This document shows positions 41,526-53,181 of a stretch of 59,293 bases of DNA, one piece after another (the stretch's first letter is position 1; every line of letters starts with the position of its first letter). Location: contig CAJXDE010000001.1 in assembly GCA_913052635.1 (NCBI GenBank), forward strand, positions 1 to 59,293. Direction: 5' to 3'. The position numbers and the translations under genes were made by a program. This DNA comes from an uncultured Halieaceae bacterium. Lineage in GTDB: Bacteria > Pseudomonadota > Gammaproteobacteria > Pseudomonadales > Halieaceae. The notes beneath the pieces were generated by a model that saw nothing but the letters and a program-made list of their open reading frames with translations, was not told the origin of the DNA and searched no databases.

Positions 41526-42077
41526 GTGACCCGGTTGCACCGACAAGCCGAGCGGTTGAATGCCTTTAGTTGGATGCTCGCGGGAGCTGTCTATTTGGCA
41601 ACTGCGCACTCCCTGATGGCGCAGCCGGGGTTCAGAGTCACAGATGCAGATGGCAACGTCACCTTCACCGACACGCCGCCGGTCTCTGGCGCCAGCGCGA
41701 TTGAAGGGAAATCCGTCCACGCGCCCAACTCGGCCAAGCCCACCCAGACAACCCGAGCGCCTGTCGAGGTGGAGGAGCCCACTCGGCAGGACACGCGGAT
41801 TGTGGCACGAGCCGATAACCCCACAATTCCGATGGAAGCCGGCAACTTTGTGGTGCAAGCCGCGTGGACTCCGCGCCTCGCGTCCGGCGAAACCCTGCAG
41901 CTGTTACTTGATGGTGAACCCGTCGGTGCCCCGCAGCGAATCGCAAACTGGCAGCTCACTAACGTGTACCGCGGCCAACACCGATTACAGGTGGTTCGCC
42001 TCGATGAGAGTGGCACACAGCTTGACACATCGGCCGCAAGCACGGTGTATGTGATGCGGCCCAAGGTGAACAGGTAA
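41526..42077 (+). CDS. DUF4124-domain exported protein
   Basis: Signal-peptide-like segment, RVTDADGNVTFTDTPP, C-terminal Ig-like LTNVYRGQHRLQV; usual position before ntrB; start uncertain (alternative ATG 41574). Confidence 0.8.
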   Translation: MTRLHRQAERLNAFSWMLAGAVYLATAHSLMAQPGFRVTDADGNVTFTDTPPVSGASAIEGKSVHAPNSAKPTQTTRAPVEVEEPTRQDTRIVARADNPTIPMEAGNFVVQAAWTPRLASGETLQLLLDGEPVGAPQRIANWQLTNVYRGQHRLQVVRLDESGTQLDTSAASTVYVMRPKVNR

Positions 42078-42078
42078 C

Positions 42079-43149
42079 GTGATGGCCGCTGAATCGCTGA
42101 TGGACCTCTCTGCCGACTACCACCTCGATCTCTTGGCGACCGGGGTCATTCTGTTGGACGCCCATTTGCACATTCGCGAGCTGAATCTGTCGGCAGAGAA
42201 CCTGCTCGAGGTCTCTGCCAGTCGCGCAATGGGTAGCCCTCTTGAGGAGCTACTTGATGAATCCAACGAATGGTACCCGCTCCTCCATCAGGCGCTGGCC
42301 GACAACTACCCCATGGTGCGCCGCGCAATTCCGCTCACCACTCGAATGGGACAGGAACGTACCGTTGATCTGACTCTGAGTCCCATTGCAGGGAAAGTCG
42401 ACTCCCGGTGTCTTCTGGTCGAGCTGACCATGATTGATCGTCTGCAGGCCATCAGCCGCGATGAGAGCGAATGGCAGGCACAGGCCACACTGAAGGAAAT
42501 TATGAAAGGCGTAGCGCACGAGGTGAAAAATCCGCTGGGTGGCATTCGCGGCGCCGCGCAGTTGCTGGCAGGCGAGCTCGGCAACCCGAATTTGCAGGAA
42601 TACACCGACATCATCATCTCTGAGGTCGACCGGCTTCGCACTCTGGTTGACCGCATGCTGGGACCCAATGAGCGTCTGGAATCAGAACCGACCAATATCC
42701 ACGAAGTGACAGAGCACGTCCGGCATTTGATCGAGGCCGAAGCCAAAGGCGGACTCAGTATTGAGCGTGACTACGATCCCAGCTTGCCCGACTTTCTGGC
42801 TGATGCGGGGCAGCTGACCCAGGCCGTATTGAATCTGGTTCGCAATGCCTTGCAGGCCTGCGGGGATGGCGGGTTGATCACTCTGAAAACCCGGGTTTAT
42901 CGACAGTTCACCGTCGGCGGCAACCGACACAAGCTGGTATGCGCACTGCACATATCGGATAACGGCCCGGGCGTGCCGGATGACCTACTCCCGATGCTGT
43001 TTTTACCGATGGTGACCGGGAACGCGAAGGGCACCGGGCTCGGACTGTCGATCGCACAGCGAATAGCCAACCAACACGGCGGATTGATACAGGTGCAGAG
43101 CGCACCCGGCGATACCTGCTTTACCTTGCTATTACCCATGGAGACCTGA
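42079..43149 (+). CDS. ntrB: Nitrogen regulation sensor kinase NtrB
   Basis: PAS domain, H-box AHEVKNPLGGIRGAAQLL, RDYDPSLP, DNGPG, GTGLGL. Confidence 0.96.
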   Translation: MMAAESLMDLSADYHLDLLATGVILLDAHLHIRELNLSAENLLEVSASRAMGSPLEELLDESNEWYPLLHQALADNYPMVRRAIPLTTRMGQERTVDLTLSPIAGKVDSRCLLVELTMIDRLQAISRDESEWQAQATLKEIMKGVAHEVKNPLGGIRGAAQLLAGELGNPNLQEYTDIIISEVDRLRTLVDRMLGPNERLESEPTNIHEVTEHVRHLIEAEAKGGLSIERDYDPSLPDFLADAGQLTQAVLNLVRNALQACGDGGLITLKTRVYRQFTVGGNRHKLVCALHISDNGPGVPDDLLPMLFLPMVTGNAKGTGLGLSIAQRIANQHGGLIQVQSAPGDTCFTLLLPMET

Positions 43150-43150
43150 G

Positions 43151-44563
43151 ATGCCGATGACTGACCAGGTATGGATCGTGGATGATGACAGTTCGATCCG
43201 GTGGGTAATGGAAAAGGCTTTGTCCCGAGCCGGCCTCAACTGCCGCGCCTTTGAGGCCGGTGATGAGGTGCTGGACGCGCTGACCCTCGAAGAGCCAATG
43301 GTGGTGGTGAGTGACATTCGCATGCCTGGCATGGACGGCATTACGCTGCTAGCCAAGCTCAAATCGCAGTTGCCCGACCTGCCCGTCATTATCACCACGG
43401 CGCACTCAGATCTCGACAGCGCAGTGAACTCCTATGAGGAGGGGGCATTCGAGTACCTGCCGAAGCCATTTGATATCGAGGAGATGGTCGCCACCGTGAC
43501 CCGCGCACAGTCCCAGCGCACTGAGCACGATCAGGTCGATGAAGACCAAGGCAGTAATCCTTCCGCAGAAATTATCGGCAACGCGCCGGCCATGCAGGAG
43601 GTGTTCCGCGCGATTGGCCGACTTGCCCAAAGCCACATCACAGTGCTGATCAACGGTGAGTCTGGCACCGGTAAAGAGCTGGTGGCTCGCGCGTTGCATC
43701 GTCATAGCCCCCGCGCCGACAATGCATTCGTTGCACTGAACATGGCCGCGATCCCACAGGAGCTGATGGAGTCGGAGCTATTTGGCCATGAGAAGGGCGC
43801 ATTTACCGGCGCCAACAGCCGGCGTGAAGGTCGCTTCGAACAGGCCCGGGGCGGCACGCTGTTTCTCGATGAAATCGGCGACATGCCCGCTGCTACCCAA
43901 ACCCGGCTATTGCGCGTGCTTCAGGACGGTGAGTTCTTTCGTGTCGGCGGCGTCGACTCGATCAAGGCAGACGTGCGGATCATAGCTGCGACCCACCAGA
44001 AGCTGGAATCACTGGTTGAAACCGGGGCGTTCCGGGAAGACCTTTTCCACCGGCTCAACGTGATTCGCATCCATGTCCCGAAACTCTCTGAGCGCCGGGA
44101 GGACATCCCAAGACTGCTGACACACTTTTTAACGGCCGCCAGCGCGGAGCTCGATGTGGAGACGAAGACGCTATCAGAAGATGCACTTCAAGCGCTGACC
44201 CAATTGCCATGGCCGGGCAATGTCAGACAGCTTGAGAACACTTGTCGGTGGCTCACTGTAATGGCAGCGGGACGCGAGGTGTTGTTGTCGGACCTGCCGA
44301 CGGAGCTGCTGCAGCATCAGGACGAAATGCCCGAGGGTGTCGCCGAGAGCTGGCACGAGCAGCTGGCGGGCTGGGCCAACCGGCAGTTGGCAGAAGGGCA
44401 ATCCAACGTCCTGCGTCAGGCGCTGCCCCTGTTTGAATCAATCATGATTGAAGCGGCGCTTCAGCACACCGGCGGACGCAAGGCCGAGGCCGCGGAGCTA
44501 CTTGGTTGGGGAAGAAACACCCTCACCCGCAAGCTTAAGGATCTGGATTTACCGGCCACCTGA
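43151..44563 (+). CDS. ntrC: Nitrogen regulation response regulator NtrC (sigma54 activator)
   Basis: [48 protein letters not shown]. Confidence 0.97.
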   Translation: MPMTDQVWIVDDDSSIRWVMEKALSRAGLNCRAFEAGDEVLDALTLEEPMVVVSDIRMPGMDGITLLAKLKSQLPDLPVIITTAHSDLDSAVNSYEEGAFEYLPKPFDIEEMVATVTRAQSQRTEHDQVDEDQGSNPSAEIIGNAPAMQEVFRAIGRLAQSHITVLINGESGTGKELVARALHRHSPRADNAFVALNMAAIPQELMESELFGHEKGAFTGANSRREGRFEQARGGTLFLDEIGDMPAATQTRLLRVLQDGEFFRVGGVDSIKADVRIIAATHQKLESLVETGAFREDLFHRLNVIRIHVPKLSERREDIPRLLTHFLTAASAELDVETKTLSEDALQALTQLPWPGNVRQLENTCRWLTVMAAGREVLLSDLPTELLQHQDEMPEGVAESWHEQLAGWANRQLAEGQSNVLRQALPLFESIMIEAALQHTGGRKAEAAELLGWGRNTLTRKLKDLDLPAT

Positions 44564-44579
44564 ACGGTGGCCTGTGGAA

Positions 44580-45098
44580 TCAGTGAGTCGCGCCCTCAGG
44601 GGCCGCCTCGCCACCTTCACCCGCTTCACCCGCCTCGGCTGCCTGCTGCGCGACAGCCTGACGGAACAGGGCGTCGAAGTTCACCGGCGCAATCATTAGC
44701 GCAGGGAACCCACCTTTAACCGCCAGGTTGTCGACCGCCTCGCGGGCGTAGGGGAACAAAATAGTTGGTGCGACGGTCGAGAGTAACTGCCGCAGCGGAT
44801 CGCCCTCGATGCCGGCCACGAAGAAAATACCCGCCTGCTGCACTTCGACCAGAAAAGCGGTCTGCTCCTCCAGCTTGGCCGTGATCGTCAGCGTTAAGAC
44901 CACCTCGTGATTACCTTCCTCATCCACCCGACTGCTTTTAGTATTGAGGTCGACATTCACGGCCGGCTTCCACTCCTGGCGGAAGACGTTCGGCGTCATA
45001 GGAGACTCGAAGGAAATATCCTTGGTATAGATCCGCTGGGTGACAAATTGCTGTTGTGCGGCTGCTTCCTGAGCGGCTGCTGTTCCTTCTTCAGCCAT
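44580..45098 (-). CDS. secB: Protein-export chaperone SecB
   Basis: QRIYTKDISFESP, AFLVEVQQAGIF, ILFPYARE, PVNFDALF. Confidence 0.96.
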   Translation of the reverse strand: MAEEGTAAAQEAAAQQQFVTQRIYTKDISFESPMTPNVFRQEWKPAVNVDLNTKSSRVDEEGNHEVVLTLTITAKLEEQTAFLVEVQQAGIFFVAGIEGDPLRQLLSTVAPTILFPYAREAVDNLAVKGGFPALMIAPVNFDALFRQAVAQQAAEAGEAGEGGEAAPEGATH

Positions 45099-45142
45099 GC
45101 TGGCTCTCCTTCTTTATCAAAGTCGTGGCGGTTGCCTTGTAA

Positions 45143-45394
45143 TTACGCAAGCAGGGGGTCCAACCCGCCTGAGCGTTCAAGACCATACAACTGGTCACAA
45201 CCACCAATATGTTGTTCGCCAATCCAAATCTGCGGCACCGAGGTTTGCCCGGCCCGCTCGGCCATCTGCTGTCGTGCAGTAGAATCGCCATCTACCGGGA
45301 TTTCCTGATACGAAACCCCTTTTTGATCGAGCAGCGCTTTCGCCCGAATGCAGAATGGGCACCACCGCGTGGTGTAGATCACCACCTCACTCAT
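45143..45394 (-). CDS. grxC: Glutaredoxin 3
   Basis: CPFC, SVPQIWIG, GGCD; start reassigned to ATG 45394. Confidence 0.95.
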   Translation of the reverse strand: MSEVVIYTTRWCPFCIRAKALLDQKGVSYQEIPVDGDSTARQQMAERAGQTSVPQIWIGEQHIGGCDQLYGLERSGGLDPLLA

Positions 45395-45813
45395 TGGGTC
45401 ACGACCGGAAGCTTTTGCGCATCCCATTCCATCATGCCACCAGAAAGCTTTTGTGCCCGACTGAAGCCCTGAGACCGGAGCGTCTTGGTTGCAGGGCCGG
45501 CTGACTGTCCCATTTTACACACCACGACCACTGGTTTTTCGCGGAATTTTTCCAATTCGGCGGCGCGATTAGCCAGTACGGCAGCCGGGATATGAAGTGC
45601 GTCCGTGATATGACCCCGCGCGTAATCCGCAGTGTCCCGGATGTCGAGAAAGACGCCACCTTCGCTATTCACTAGCTGGACCGCCTCGTTGATCGACAAC
45701 GCCGGTCCCGCCTTGCGCGTCTCATGAAGAAGAAGCATGGTCAGCGTCGTCGCCAACGCGGCCACTAAAATCCACTGTTCACCAAGAAAATGAAAAATTA
45801 AATCTGCTGACAC
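45391..45813 (-). CDS. Membrane-anchored rhodanese-like protein (YibN family)
   Basis: N-terminal TM, LDIR, GHI, VVVVCKMG, LSGGMMEW; rhodanese-grxC-secB synteny; GTG start at 45813 assumed. Confidence 0.88.
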   Translation of the reverse strand: MSADLIFHFLGEQWILVAALATTLTMLLLHETRKAGPALSINEAVQLVNSEGGVFLDIRDTADYARGHITDALHIPAAVLANRAAELEKFREKPVVVVCKMGQSAGPATKTLRSQGFSRAQKLSGGMMEWDAQKLPVVTQ

Positions 45814-46052
45814 GCTCTTTCTATCCACTGGGCAATCATCTGCTTAGCCGCACCTGCGTGGCCATACATGTATTGCGCTCATTCGGGGTTTACTGCTATC
45901 AACTGACTGCAATGAGTTAAGAATCGACGTTACTGCACTGTATGAGGGGCGCGAGTATATCGGTTCAACCGACCACCCTCCAGTCGGTAGTAGTGCCCCG
46001 TCTTCGGGGGCGCGTTACAATACACGGCTTAGCTACCCGAGCCCTACACGCC

Positions 46053-47585
46053 GTGTCTACGCCCCGACGCACCACACTACTTGTCATTCTGGATGGTTTT
46101 GGTCATCGCTCTGCCAGCGAGGACAACGCGATCCTTGCGGCAAAGACTCCCACTCTTGATCGCCTTTGGCGTGAGGCACCCCACACGCTGGTTTCAGGAT
46201 CCGGGCTGGATGTGGGTCTCCCCGATGGCCAGATGGGTAACTCCGAAGTGGGTCATATGAGCCTCGGCGCCGGACGCATCGTTTACCAGTCCATCACCCG
46301 CATTGATCATGCTATTGCCAGCGGCGAATTTGCCGCTAACAGCGTGTATCTGGATGCCATCGATCGCGCCGTGGCGGCAAATAAGGCGGTCCATATCATG
46401 GGTCTGCTCTCCCCCGGCGGCGTTCACAGCCATGAGGAACAGCTGTTCGCGGCAGTGAGACTGGCCGCAGAACGCGGCGCGAAGAAGCTTTTCTTGCATG
46501 CGTTTCTCGACGGCCGTGATACCCCGCCCCGCAGCGCAGCCTCGTCACTGCAGCGTGCTGAAGCAGTGTTTGCCGGACTCGGCAGCGGGCGGATAGCGTC
46601 TGTCCATGGTCGCTACTGGGCAATGGATCGGGACAACCGCTGGGAGCGGATTGAAAAAAGCTACTCGCTGCTCACAGAGGGCGAGGCAGCACATGACGCC
46701 CCTACCGCCTTGGAGGCATTAGAAGCCGCTTACGCCCGGGGCGAGGACGACGAGTTTGTCGCCCCGACCCGGATTGGTGAGCAGGCGGCCTTCGCGGATG
46801 GCGACGCCGTACTGTTTATGAATTTTCGTGCAGACCGCGCCCGGCAACTCACCCAGGCACTAACCGAATCGGATTTCGACGGCTTTAACCGACACCAGCA
46901 GCCCGCGCTGCGATTAGTCACGACGACCGAGTACGCCGGATTCCTGTCGTGTCCGGTGGCTTTCCTGCACGACACGCTGGAAGACAGCCTCGGTGAAGTG
47001 CTTGCGGATAACGGCCTCACACAGCTGCGGATTGCCGAGACCGAGAAATATGCGCATGTGACCTTCTTCTTTAGCGGCGGTCGCGAAGACACGTTTGCGG
47101 GCGAAACCCGCACCCTGATCCCGTCACCTGACGTTGCCACCTATGACCTGCAACCGGAGATGAGTGCCCACGAGGTCACCGATGCGCTGGTCGCAGCCAT
47201 CGAGTCGGGCGAATACGACTTTATCGTCGTCAATTTTGCTAACGGTGACATGGTGGGTCATACCGGTGAGTTTGAGGCCGCCGTGGCGGCGGTGGAAACC
47301 CTCGATGAATGTCTGGGCCGTATCGAAGCGGCGTTGTTAGCCACAGAAGGCGAAGGTTTGATCACCGCGGATCACGGCAATTGTGAGCAGATGCGCGACT
47401 ACGAAAACGACCAGCCACACACCCAGCACACCACCGAGCACGTGCCCTTGATTTACCTTGGTCAGGGCAATCGAGACTTGGATCCCGATGGTGGCATCCT
47501 GGCCGACATCGCGCCCACGATTCTGGCCATGATGGGACTGGACGTCCCCGCTGCGATGTCGGGACGCAGCCTGCTCAAGCACTGA
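46053..47585 (+). CDS. gpmI: 2,3-bisphosphoglycerate-independent phosphoglycerate mutase
   Basis: [45 protein letters not shown]; start reassigned to GTG 46053. Confidence 0.96.
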   Translation: MSTPRRTTLLVILDGFGHRSASEDNAILAAKTPTLDRLWREAPHTLVSGSGLDVGLPDGQMGNSEVGHMSLGAGRIVYQSITRIDHAIASGEFAANSVYLDAIDRAVAANKAVHIMGLLSPGGVHSHEEQLFAAVRLAAERGAKKLFLHAFLDGRDTPPRSAASSLQRAEAVFAGLGSGRIASVHGRYWAMDRDNRWERIEKSYSLLTEGEAAHDAPTALEALEAAYARGEDDEFVAPTRIGEQAAFADGDAVLFMNFRADRARQLTQALTESDFDGFNRHQQPALRLVTTTEYAGFLSCPVAFLHDTLEDSLGEVLADNGLTQLRIAETEKYAHVTFFFSGGREDTFAGETRTLIPSPDVATYDLQPEMSAHEVTDALVAAIESGEYDFIVVNFANGDMVGHTGEFEAAVAAVETLDECLGRIEAALLATEGEGLITADHGNCEQMRDYENDQPHTQHTTEHVPLIYLGQGNRDLDPDGGILADIAPTILAMMGLDVPAAMSGRSLLKH

Positions 47586-47596
47586 GCCCACGCTCG

Positions 47597-48760
47597 GTGG
47601 TTCGTGTCTTCACGCTCTTCCTAGGACTGAGCAGCCGCTGTCTTGTCTTATGGGCGAGCCTGTCACCTGTGGCATCGGCACAGTCGCCCAACACCCTAGA
47701 CCAAACCGCGGAACAGATCGAGGCGCTGCACGACGAAATCACGGTCATTCAAGCGAGGCTGGCGTCTCAGGAAAGTGAACGCGACGCGCTACAGGATGCA
47801 TTGCGAGAGGCAGAGGTTCAGATCGGCGAGCTGGACCGAAAGCTGGGCTCGCTGGGCCGAGAACGTCGCGCGCTGCAGCAGGAGCTCAAAGTGCTAGATG
47901 CGGAAGGCGAACAACTCCGCCGAGCCCAACGCCAGCGAACCGATACCATCGACGCCAGCATTCAACAGCTTTGGGTATTACAGCAGGGAGGCGGCTTCCG
48001 GGTCTGGCTCGGCGACCAAAACCCTCAGGACGTGGCCCGCAACCTCGCCTACTTTCAGACACTGATCGAAGCGCAGCAGCAGGCGATTGCGGAGTACGAG
48101 CTGGGTCTAGGAACCATCGCAGAGAACCGCAGCCGCATCGCCCAAGCCGAGATCGCTCTTCGGGAACAGGCGATGGCGACGGAGGCGACAAAAACGATGC
48201 TCACAGACCAGCGTGCAAAGCGACAAACGACACTCGTCCTGATCAACAAGCAGGTGCAGGACGACCAACAAAGACTGAGTGCGCTGGAGCGTGATCAGGT
48301 GCGATTGAACGCGCTACTCGGTGAGCTGGAGACAGTTGCCGCAGCCACGCCACCCCAAGCGCGAATGCCCTTTGCCGACACGCAGGGCACGCTGGCCATG
48401 CCAGTGGCGGGCACGCTGAAAAACCGATACGGCGCGCGACGCAATGCGGATATTCGCTGGCGTGGATGGCTGATCGTGGCCGATGAGGGTGAGCCTGTGC
48501 GCGCTGTCCACGGCGGCGACATCATCTATGCCGACTGGCTTCGCGGTCAGGGCCTCTTAATGGTAGTGGATCACGGGGAGGGGTGGCTATCCCTCTATGC
48601 CCAGAACCACAGCCTGCTCCGAGGCGTGGGCGACCGAGTCAGTGCCGGCGACATCATCGCCAAAGCGGGCGCCAGCGGTGGCAGCGAGACGTCTGCTCTG
48701 TATTTTGAAATTCGGCACCGCGGCGAGCCCGTCGATCCTGGCAAGTGGATACGTCGCTAA
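47597..48760 (+). CDS. envC: Murein hydrolase activator EnvC (coiled coil plus degenerate M23 domain)
   Basis: Signal peptide, long coiled coil, WRGWLI, YADWLRGQG, LYFEIRH; gpmI-envC-ctpA synteny. Confidence 0.9.
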   Translation: MVRVFTLFLGLSSRCLVLWASLSPVASAQSPNTLDQTAEQIEALHDEITVIQARLASQESERDALQDALREAEVQIGELDRKLGSLGRERRALQQELKVLDAEGEQLRRAQRQRTDTIDASIQQLWVLQQGGGFRVWLGDQNPQDVARNLAYFQTLIEAQQQAIAEYELGLGTIAENRSRIAQAEIALREQAMATEATKTMLTDQRAKRQTTLVLINKQVQDDQQRLSALERDQVRLNALLGELETVAAATPPQARMPFADTQGTLAMPVAGTLKNRYGARRNADIRWRGWLIVADEGEPVRAVHGGDIIYADWLRGQGLLMVVDHGEGWLSLYAQNHSLLRGVGDRVSAGDIIAKAGASGGSETSALYFEIRHRGEPVDPGKWIRR

Positions 48761-48828
48761 GACCCGGCCGGATAATCGGGTACCATTAGAAGCTCAAGGA
48801 TTTCAGGCCTCACCCTCGGGACATTCTC

Positions 48829-50238
48829 ATGGACGTGCGTTTACGCTCTCGCGGCATCGGATTGCTGCTAACACTCTTGATCTGCTCGTCGGTTCTGGCG
48901 CAGGCGCCTGAAAACAAAGATAGCCATTCCGCACCGGGCAACGATCCGCATAGTGGGATAGATAGCGCAATAGCAAACGCGAACGATCCGGTGACACAGT
49001 CGCTACCCCTCGAAGAGCTGCAGATGTTTGCCGACGTGTTTAATCAGATTCGGCAGGGCTATGTGGAATCAGTCCCCGATAGCGAGCTGTTCGAACTCGC
49101 GGTGCAAGGCATGCTGTCCGGTCTCGACCCCCATTCCGTCTTCCTGAAAGAAAAAGCCTACGACTCCCTACAGGAGACAACGCAAGGCAAGTTCAGCGGT
49201 CTCGGTATCGAAATCGGACAGGACCGCGGCTATATCACCATCATTGCTCCCATCGACGGCTCACCCGCCGAGGCAGCAGGACTTGAGGCGGGGGATGTCA
49301 TTCTGAAAATCGATGGGGAGTCCGTCCGCGACCTGCCGGTTAACAAATCCGTTGATCTCATGCGGGGGCCCACAGGGTCAAAAGTGTTACTGACAATTGG
49401 TCGACGCGGTGTCGCTGATCCGTTCGACGTCACCATCATCCGTGACATCATCAAGGTGCCCAGTGTGCGAAGCCGAGAACTCATGGAGGGCTACCTCTGG
49501 TTGCGGGCATCCCAGTTCCAGAGAGACACCGGACTGGAGGCCATCGCCACCTTGGCGAAAGCGCAGGCCGAAGGCCCTTTAAAGGGTGTCGTCATTGATC
49601 TGCGCAATAACCCGGGCGGCGTGCTGGGTGCGAGTGTCGACATGGCGGGTGCTTTGCTGGATGGCGGCTTGGTGGTGTATACCGAGGGCCGTCACCCCCA
49701 GGCCGCAGACCAGTATGAAGCGGCGGCGGGTGACATGCTAAACGGCGCGCCGATCGTGGTGCTGATCAACGGCGGCTCCGCCAGCGCATCAGAAATTGTC
49801 GCGGGTGCCCTGCAGGACCGTCGGCGCGCGGTCATCATGGGAACAAGAAGCTTCGGTAAAGGCTCGGTCCAAACAATACTGCCCGTCAATGACACCCGCG
49901 CGGTCAAACTCACTACGGCGCTCTACTACACCCCCAACGGCCGTTCGATCCAGGCGGAGGGCATCGTGCCCGACATCGTGGTGGAGCGAGCAGAGGTGAC
50001 CAGCGTTGAGTCAAACCGCCGCACAAAAGAAGCCGACCTGCAGGGGAGCCTGAGCGGAGACGGTGGTCTCGTAGATGCCCAATCGGAGAGCGAGGCGCTT
50101 ACGGCGTTACGCAATTCGGATAATCAGCTTTACGAGGCACTAACTCTCTTACGCGGCATCAATTTGCTGACGCCCGAGGCACCAACCGAAGCACCGGAGG
50201 CGGAAGACCCCACCAAAGTGGCGCTCGGCACGCCCTGA
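48829..50238 (+). CDS. ctpA: Carboxy-terminal processing protease (S41A, PDZ)
   Basis: LDPHS, PDZ GLGIEI, DLRNNPGG, SASASEIVAGALQD, FGKGSVQ. Confidence 0.93.
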   Translation: MDVRLRSRGIGLLLTLLICSSVLAQAPENKDSHSAPGNDPHSGIDSAIANANDPVTQSLPLEELQMFADVFNQIRQGYVESVPDSELFELAVQGMLSGLDPHSVFLKEKAYDSLQETTQGKFSGLGIEIGQDRGYITIIAPIDGSPAEAAGLEAGDVILKIDGESVRDLPVNKSVDLMRGPTGSKVLLTIGRRGVADPFDVTIIRDIIKVPSVRSRELMEGYLWLRASQFQRDTGLEAIATLAKAQAEGPLKGVVIDLRNNPGGVLGASVDMAGALLDGGLVVYTEGRHPQAADQYEAAAGDMLNGAPIVVLINGGSASASEIVAGALQDRRRAVIMGTRSFGKGSVQTILPVNDTRAVKLTTALYYTPNGRSIQAEGIVPDIVVERAEVTSVESNRRTKEADLQGSLSGDGGLVDAQSESEALTALRNSDNQLYEALTLLRGINLLTPEAPTEAPEAEDPTKVALGTP

Positions 50239-50312
50239 GACCATCGCTTGGCGCGGGTATCAGATGCTTCAGTTGTCGCGACGACGCGCGCACCCCTAAG
50301 GGGATGCCTATG

Positions 50313-51089
50313 TCACAGCCGCATCGTGATGCCCTGATCGGCCATGAACGCCTTGGCCTCGCCCACCCTGTATTCACCAAAGTGAAAGATGCTGGCAGCC
50401 AGCACAGCATCGGCGCCCCCTTCCGTGACGCCATCAGCCAGGTGCTGAAGCGTCCCCACACCCCCTGAGGCGATGACCGGAATGTCGACCGCGTCGGTAA
50501 TCGCTCGGGTAACAACCAATTCAAAACCATCGCGAGTGCCGTCGCGATCCATGCTGGTGAGTAACAATTCGCCAGCACCTAACGCCGCCATCTTTGTGGC
50601 CCACTCCACCGCCTCAATCCCGGTGGGCTTGCGGCCGCCATGGGTAAAGAGCTCGTAGCGCGGTGCATCATCAGGTGCCGAGACCCGCTTAACATCGATC
50701 GCCACCACAATGCATTGCGACCCGAATCGCGCCGCCGCATCACACACCAGCTCAGGCTCGTGAATCGCCGCGGTATTGATACTGACTTTGTCGGCACCCG
50801 CATTAAGCATGGTACGAATGTCTTGTAACGAGCGGACGCCACCGCCCACTGTCAGCGGAATGAATACCTCGCGGGCGATCTGCTCGACGGTGTGGACAGT
50901 CGTATCGCGCTCTTCATGGCTCGCCGTGATATCCAGAAACGTGATCTCGTCGGCGCCCTCTTCGTTATAGCGCCGCGCAATTTCCACCGGGTCACCGGCG
51001 TCGCGAATGCCCACAAAGTTGACGCCCTTTACCACCCGCCCCTGATCGACGTCGAGGCAGGGGATAATGCGTTTGGCGAGTGCCATCAA
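50313..51089 (-). CDS. hisF: Imidazole glycerol phosphate synthase subunit HisF
   Basis: [41 protein letters not shown]. Confidence 0.97.
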   Translation of the reverse strand: MMALAKRIIPCLDVDQGRVVKGVNFVGIRDAGDPVEIARRYNEEGADEITFLDITASHEERDTTVHTVEQIAREVFIPLTVGGGVRSLQDIRTMLNAGADKVSINTAAIHEPELVCDAAARFGSQCIVVAIDVKRVSAPDDAPRYELFTHGGRKPTGIEAVEWATKMAALGAGELLLTSMDRDGTRDGFELVVTRAITDAVDIPVIASGGVGTLQHLADGVTEGGADAVLAASIFHFGEYRVGEAKAFMADQGITMRL

Positions 51090-51829
51090 TCACTCTCCAG
51101 ATAGGCATCGACCATGATCTGGGCCGCGGCAAGGTCCAGCGTCCCCTCATAGATCGCACGTCCCGTAATGGCGCCGCATATGCCCGCGCTTGCGTGCTGC
51201 ATCAGGCCACGCACGTCATCAAGCTGGCTGATGCCGCCCGAGGCAATGACCGGCAGCCCCGACTCGCTTGCCAGAGCAACCGTTGCCTCGAGGTTGACGC
51301 CTTGCATCATACCGTCGCGGTCAATATCGGTGTAGACCACCGCGCTCACACCGGCATCGGCAAAGCGCTTGGCAAGATCGGTGGCATCCAATTTGCTCTC
51401 GCTCGCCCAACCCTCAACAGCCACACGGCCCCCGCGGGCATCGATGCCGACAATAATGTGCCCCGGAAAGGCGGCGCAGGCCTGATGGACAAAGTCTGGG
51501 TCTTTGGCCGCCATAGTGCCAACGATGGCATACTCCACTCCAGCTTCGAGATAGCGCGCAATCGTCTCCAGATTGCGGATACCACCTCCGATTTGAATCG
51601 GCAGGGTTGGCAACGCTTTTGAGATCGCCTCGATAATGCCGGCGCTGACAGGCTCCCCTGCAAAAGCCCCGTCGAGGTCAACGATATGGAGCCGCCGGGC
51701 GCCCTCTTCGAACCACCGCTGCGCCATGGCGACGGGGTCCTCAGAGAACACGGTGCTGTCCGCCATGTCGCCCTGCCGCAGGCGCACGCACTGGCCGTCT
51801 TTTAAATCAATGGCGGGTATTACGAGCAT
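51086..51829 (-). CDS. hisA: ProFAR isomerase
   Basis: [41 protein letters not shown]; start reassigned to ATG 51829. Confidence 0.96.
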   Translation of the reverse strand: MLVIPAIDLKDGQCVRLRQGDMADSTVFSEDPVAMAQRWFEEGARRLHIVDLDGAFAGEPVSAGIIEAISKALPTLPIQIGGGIRNLETIARYLEAGVEYAIVGTMAAKDPDFVHQACAAFPGHIIVGIDARGGRVAVEGWASESKLDATDLAKRFADAGVSAVVYTDIDRDGMMQGVNLEATVALASESGLPVIASGGISQLDDVRGLMQHASAGICGAITGRAIYEGTLDLAAAQIMVDAYLESD

Positions 51830-52473
51830 GTGCCGTCCCAGTCGAGAAAGTTTTTGAGCAGGGTCAGTCCCGCGGTATGACTCTTCTCCGGGTGAAACTG
51901 GGTTGCAAACAGGTTCCCCTGCGCAAGCGCCGCACAACCCGTGAGGCCGTAGTCAAATGTTCCCGCGATAACGGCTTGGTTATCGGGCACCACGTGGTAG
52001 CTGTGAACAAAATAAAAACGCGTATCGGGCTCGATACCGCGCCAAAGAGGGTGATATTTAGCAGGCCGTACCGCATTCCAGCCCATATGCGGCACCTTCA
52101 GCCGCTCACCGTCATCACACTGATGCGCCTCACCAAAAAATGCGACCTGGCCCGGCAACACATCGAGGCAGGCAACGCCGCCGTTTTCCTCGGAGTGGGA
52201 CATCAGGGCCTGCATGCCGACGCAAATGGCCAGCACCGGCTTGCGGTCCACGTTGAGCACCTGATCCAGTAACTGATCACAGCCGAGGCGCCGGATCGCT
52301 TCCATACAGTCACGGATGCCCCCCACTCCGGGGAACACCACCCGCTCCGCATCAAGGATCGCTTGGGGCTCATGGCTGACCACGACCTCGGTAGCCCCCA
52401 CATGCTCGAGCGCGCTTGCCACAGAGTGCAGGTTGCCCATGCCGTAATCGATTACGGCAACCCGCTGGGTCAC
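51820..52473 (-). CDS. hisH: Imidazole glycerol phosphate synthase subunit HisH
   Basis: [39 protein letters not shown]. Confidence 0.97.
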   Translation of the reverse strand: MTQRVAVIDYGMGNLHSVASALEHVGATEVVVSHEPQAILDAERVVFPGVGGIRDCMEAIRRLGCDQLLDQVLNVDRKPVLAICVGMQALMSHSEENGGVACLDVLPGQVAFFGEAHQCDDGERLKVPHMGWNAVRPAKYHPLWRGIEPDTRFYFVHSYHVVPDNQAVIAGTFDYGLTGCAALAQGNLFATQFHPEKSHTAGLTLLKNFLDWDGTCS

Positions 52474-52476
52474 GGC

Positions 52477-53082
52477 TTACAAAACCCCTTTGGTCGAGGG
52501 GCTGGTGCCAGCCATGGCCGCGTCGGGCGCGACCGCCATGCGCAATGCCCGACCAAACGCCTTAAACACGGTCTCGGCCTGGTGGTGTGCGTTGTGTCCG
52601 CGGAGATTGTCGATGTGAAGTGTGACGTCGGCGTGATTCACGAAGCCCTGAAAGAACTCGACGACCAGATCAACATCGAACTCGCCGACCTTGGCGCGGG
52701 TAAAGGGCACATGAAATTCGAGCCCCGGACGGCCGCTGCAGTCGATCACCACGCGCGATAGCGCCTCATCCAGCGGTACGTAAGCATGCCCGTAGCGCAC
52801 GATGCCCTTCTTGTCGCCGATGGCTTCGCTAAACGCCTGCCCAAGGGTGATGCCGATGTCCTCCACCGTGTGGTGCGCATCAATGTGCAGGTCTCCCTTG
52901 GCCTTGATATCGAGATCCACCTGACCGTGTCGGGCGATCTGATCCAGCATATGCTCGAGGAAAGGCAACCCTGTATCGAGGGTGCACTGGCCGATGCCAT
53001 CGAGGCAAAGCTCGACCGCAATCTGGGTCTCAAGGGTCTCGCGGCTGACTGATGCCTTGCGAGCCGCTTCCTGCTGACTCAT
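52477..53082 (-). CDS. hisB: Imidazoleglycerol-phosphate dehydratase (monofunctional)
   Basis: [32 protein letters not shown]; start reassigned to ATG 53082. Confidence 0.96.
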   Translation of the reverse strand: MSQQEAARKASVSRETLETQIAVELCLDGIGQCTLDTGLPFLEHMLDQIARHGQVDLDIKAKGDLHIDAHHTVEDIGITLGQAFSEAIGDKKGIVRYGHAYVPLDEALSRVVIDCSGRPGLEFHVPFTRAKVGEFDVDLVVEFFQGFVNHADVTLHIDNLRGHNAHHQAETVFKAFGRALRMAVAPDAAMAGTSPSTKGVL

Positions 53083-53181
53083 GCTGTCTTCTCCGGGCAA
53101 CCCGCCAGACCGCGCGGGCGCTACACTGGGGTCATTGTATAGAAAGAGCACTGCTACTTCATTGCGAAGCTTTACCACTTC

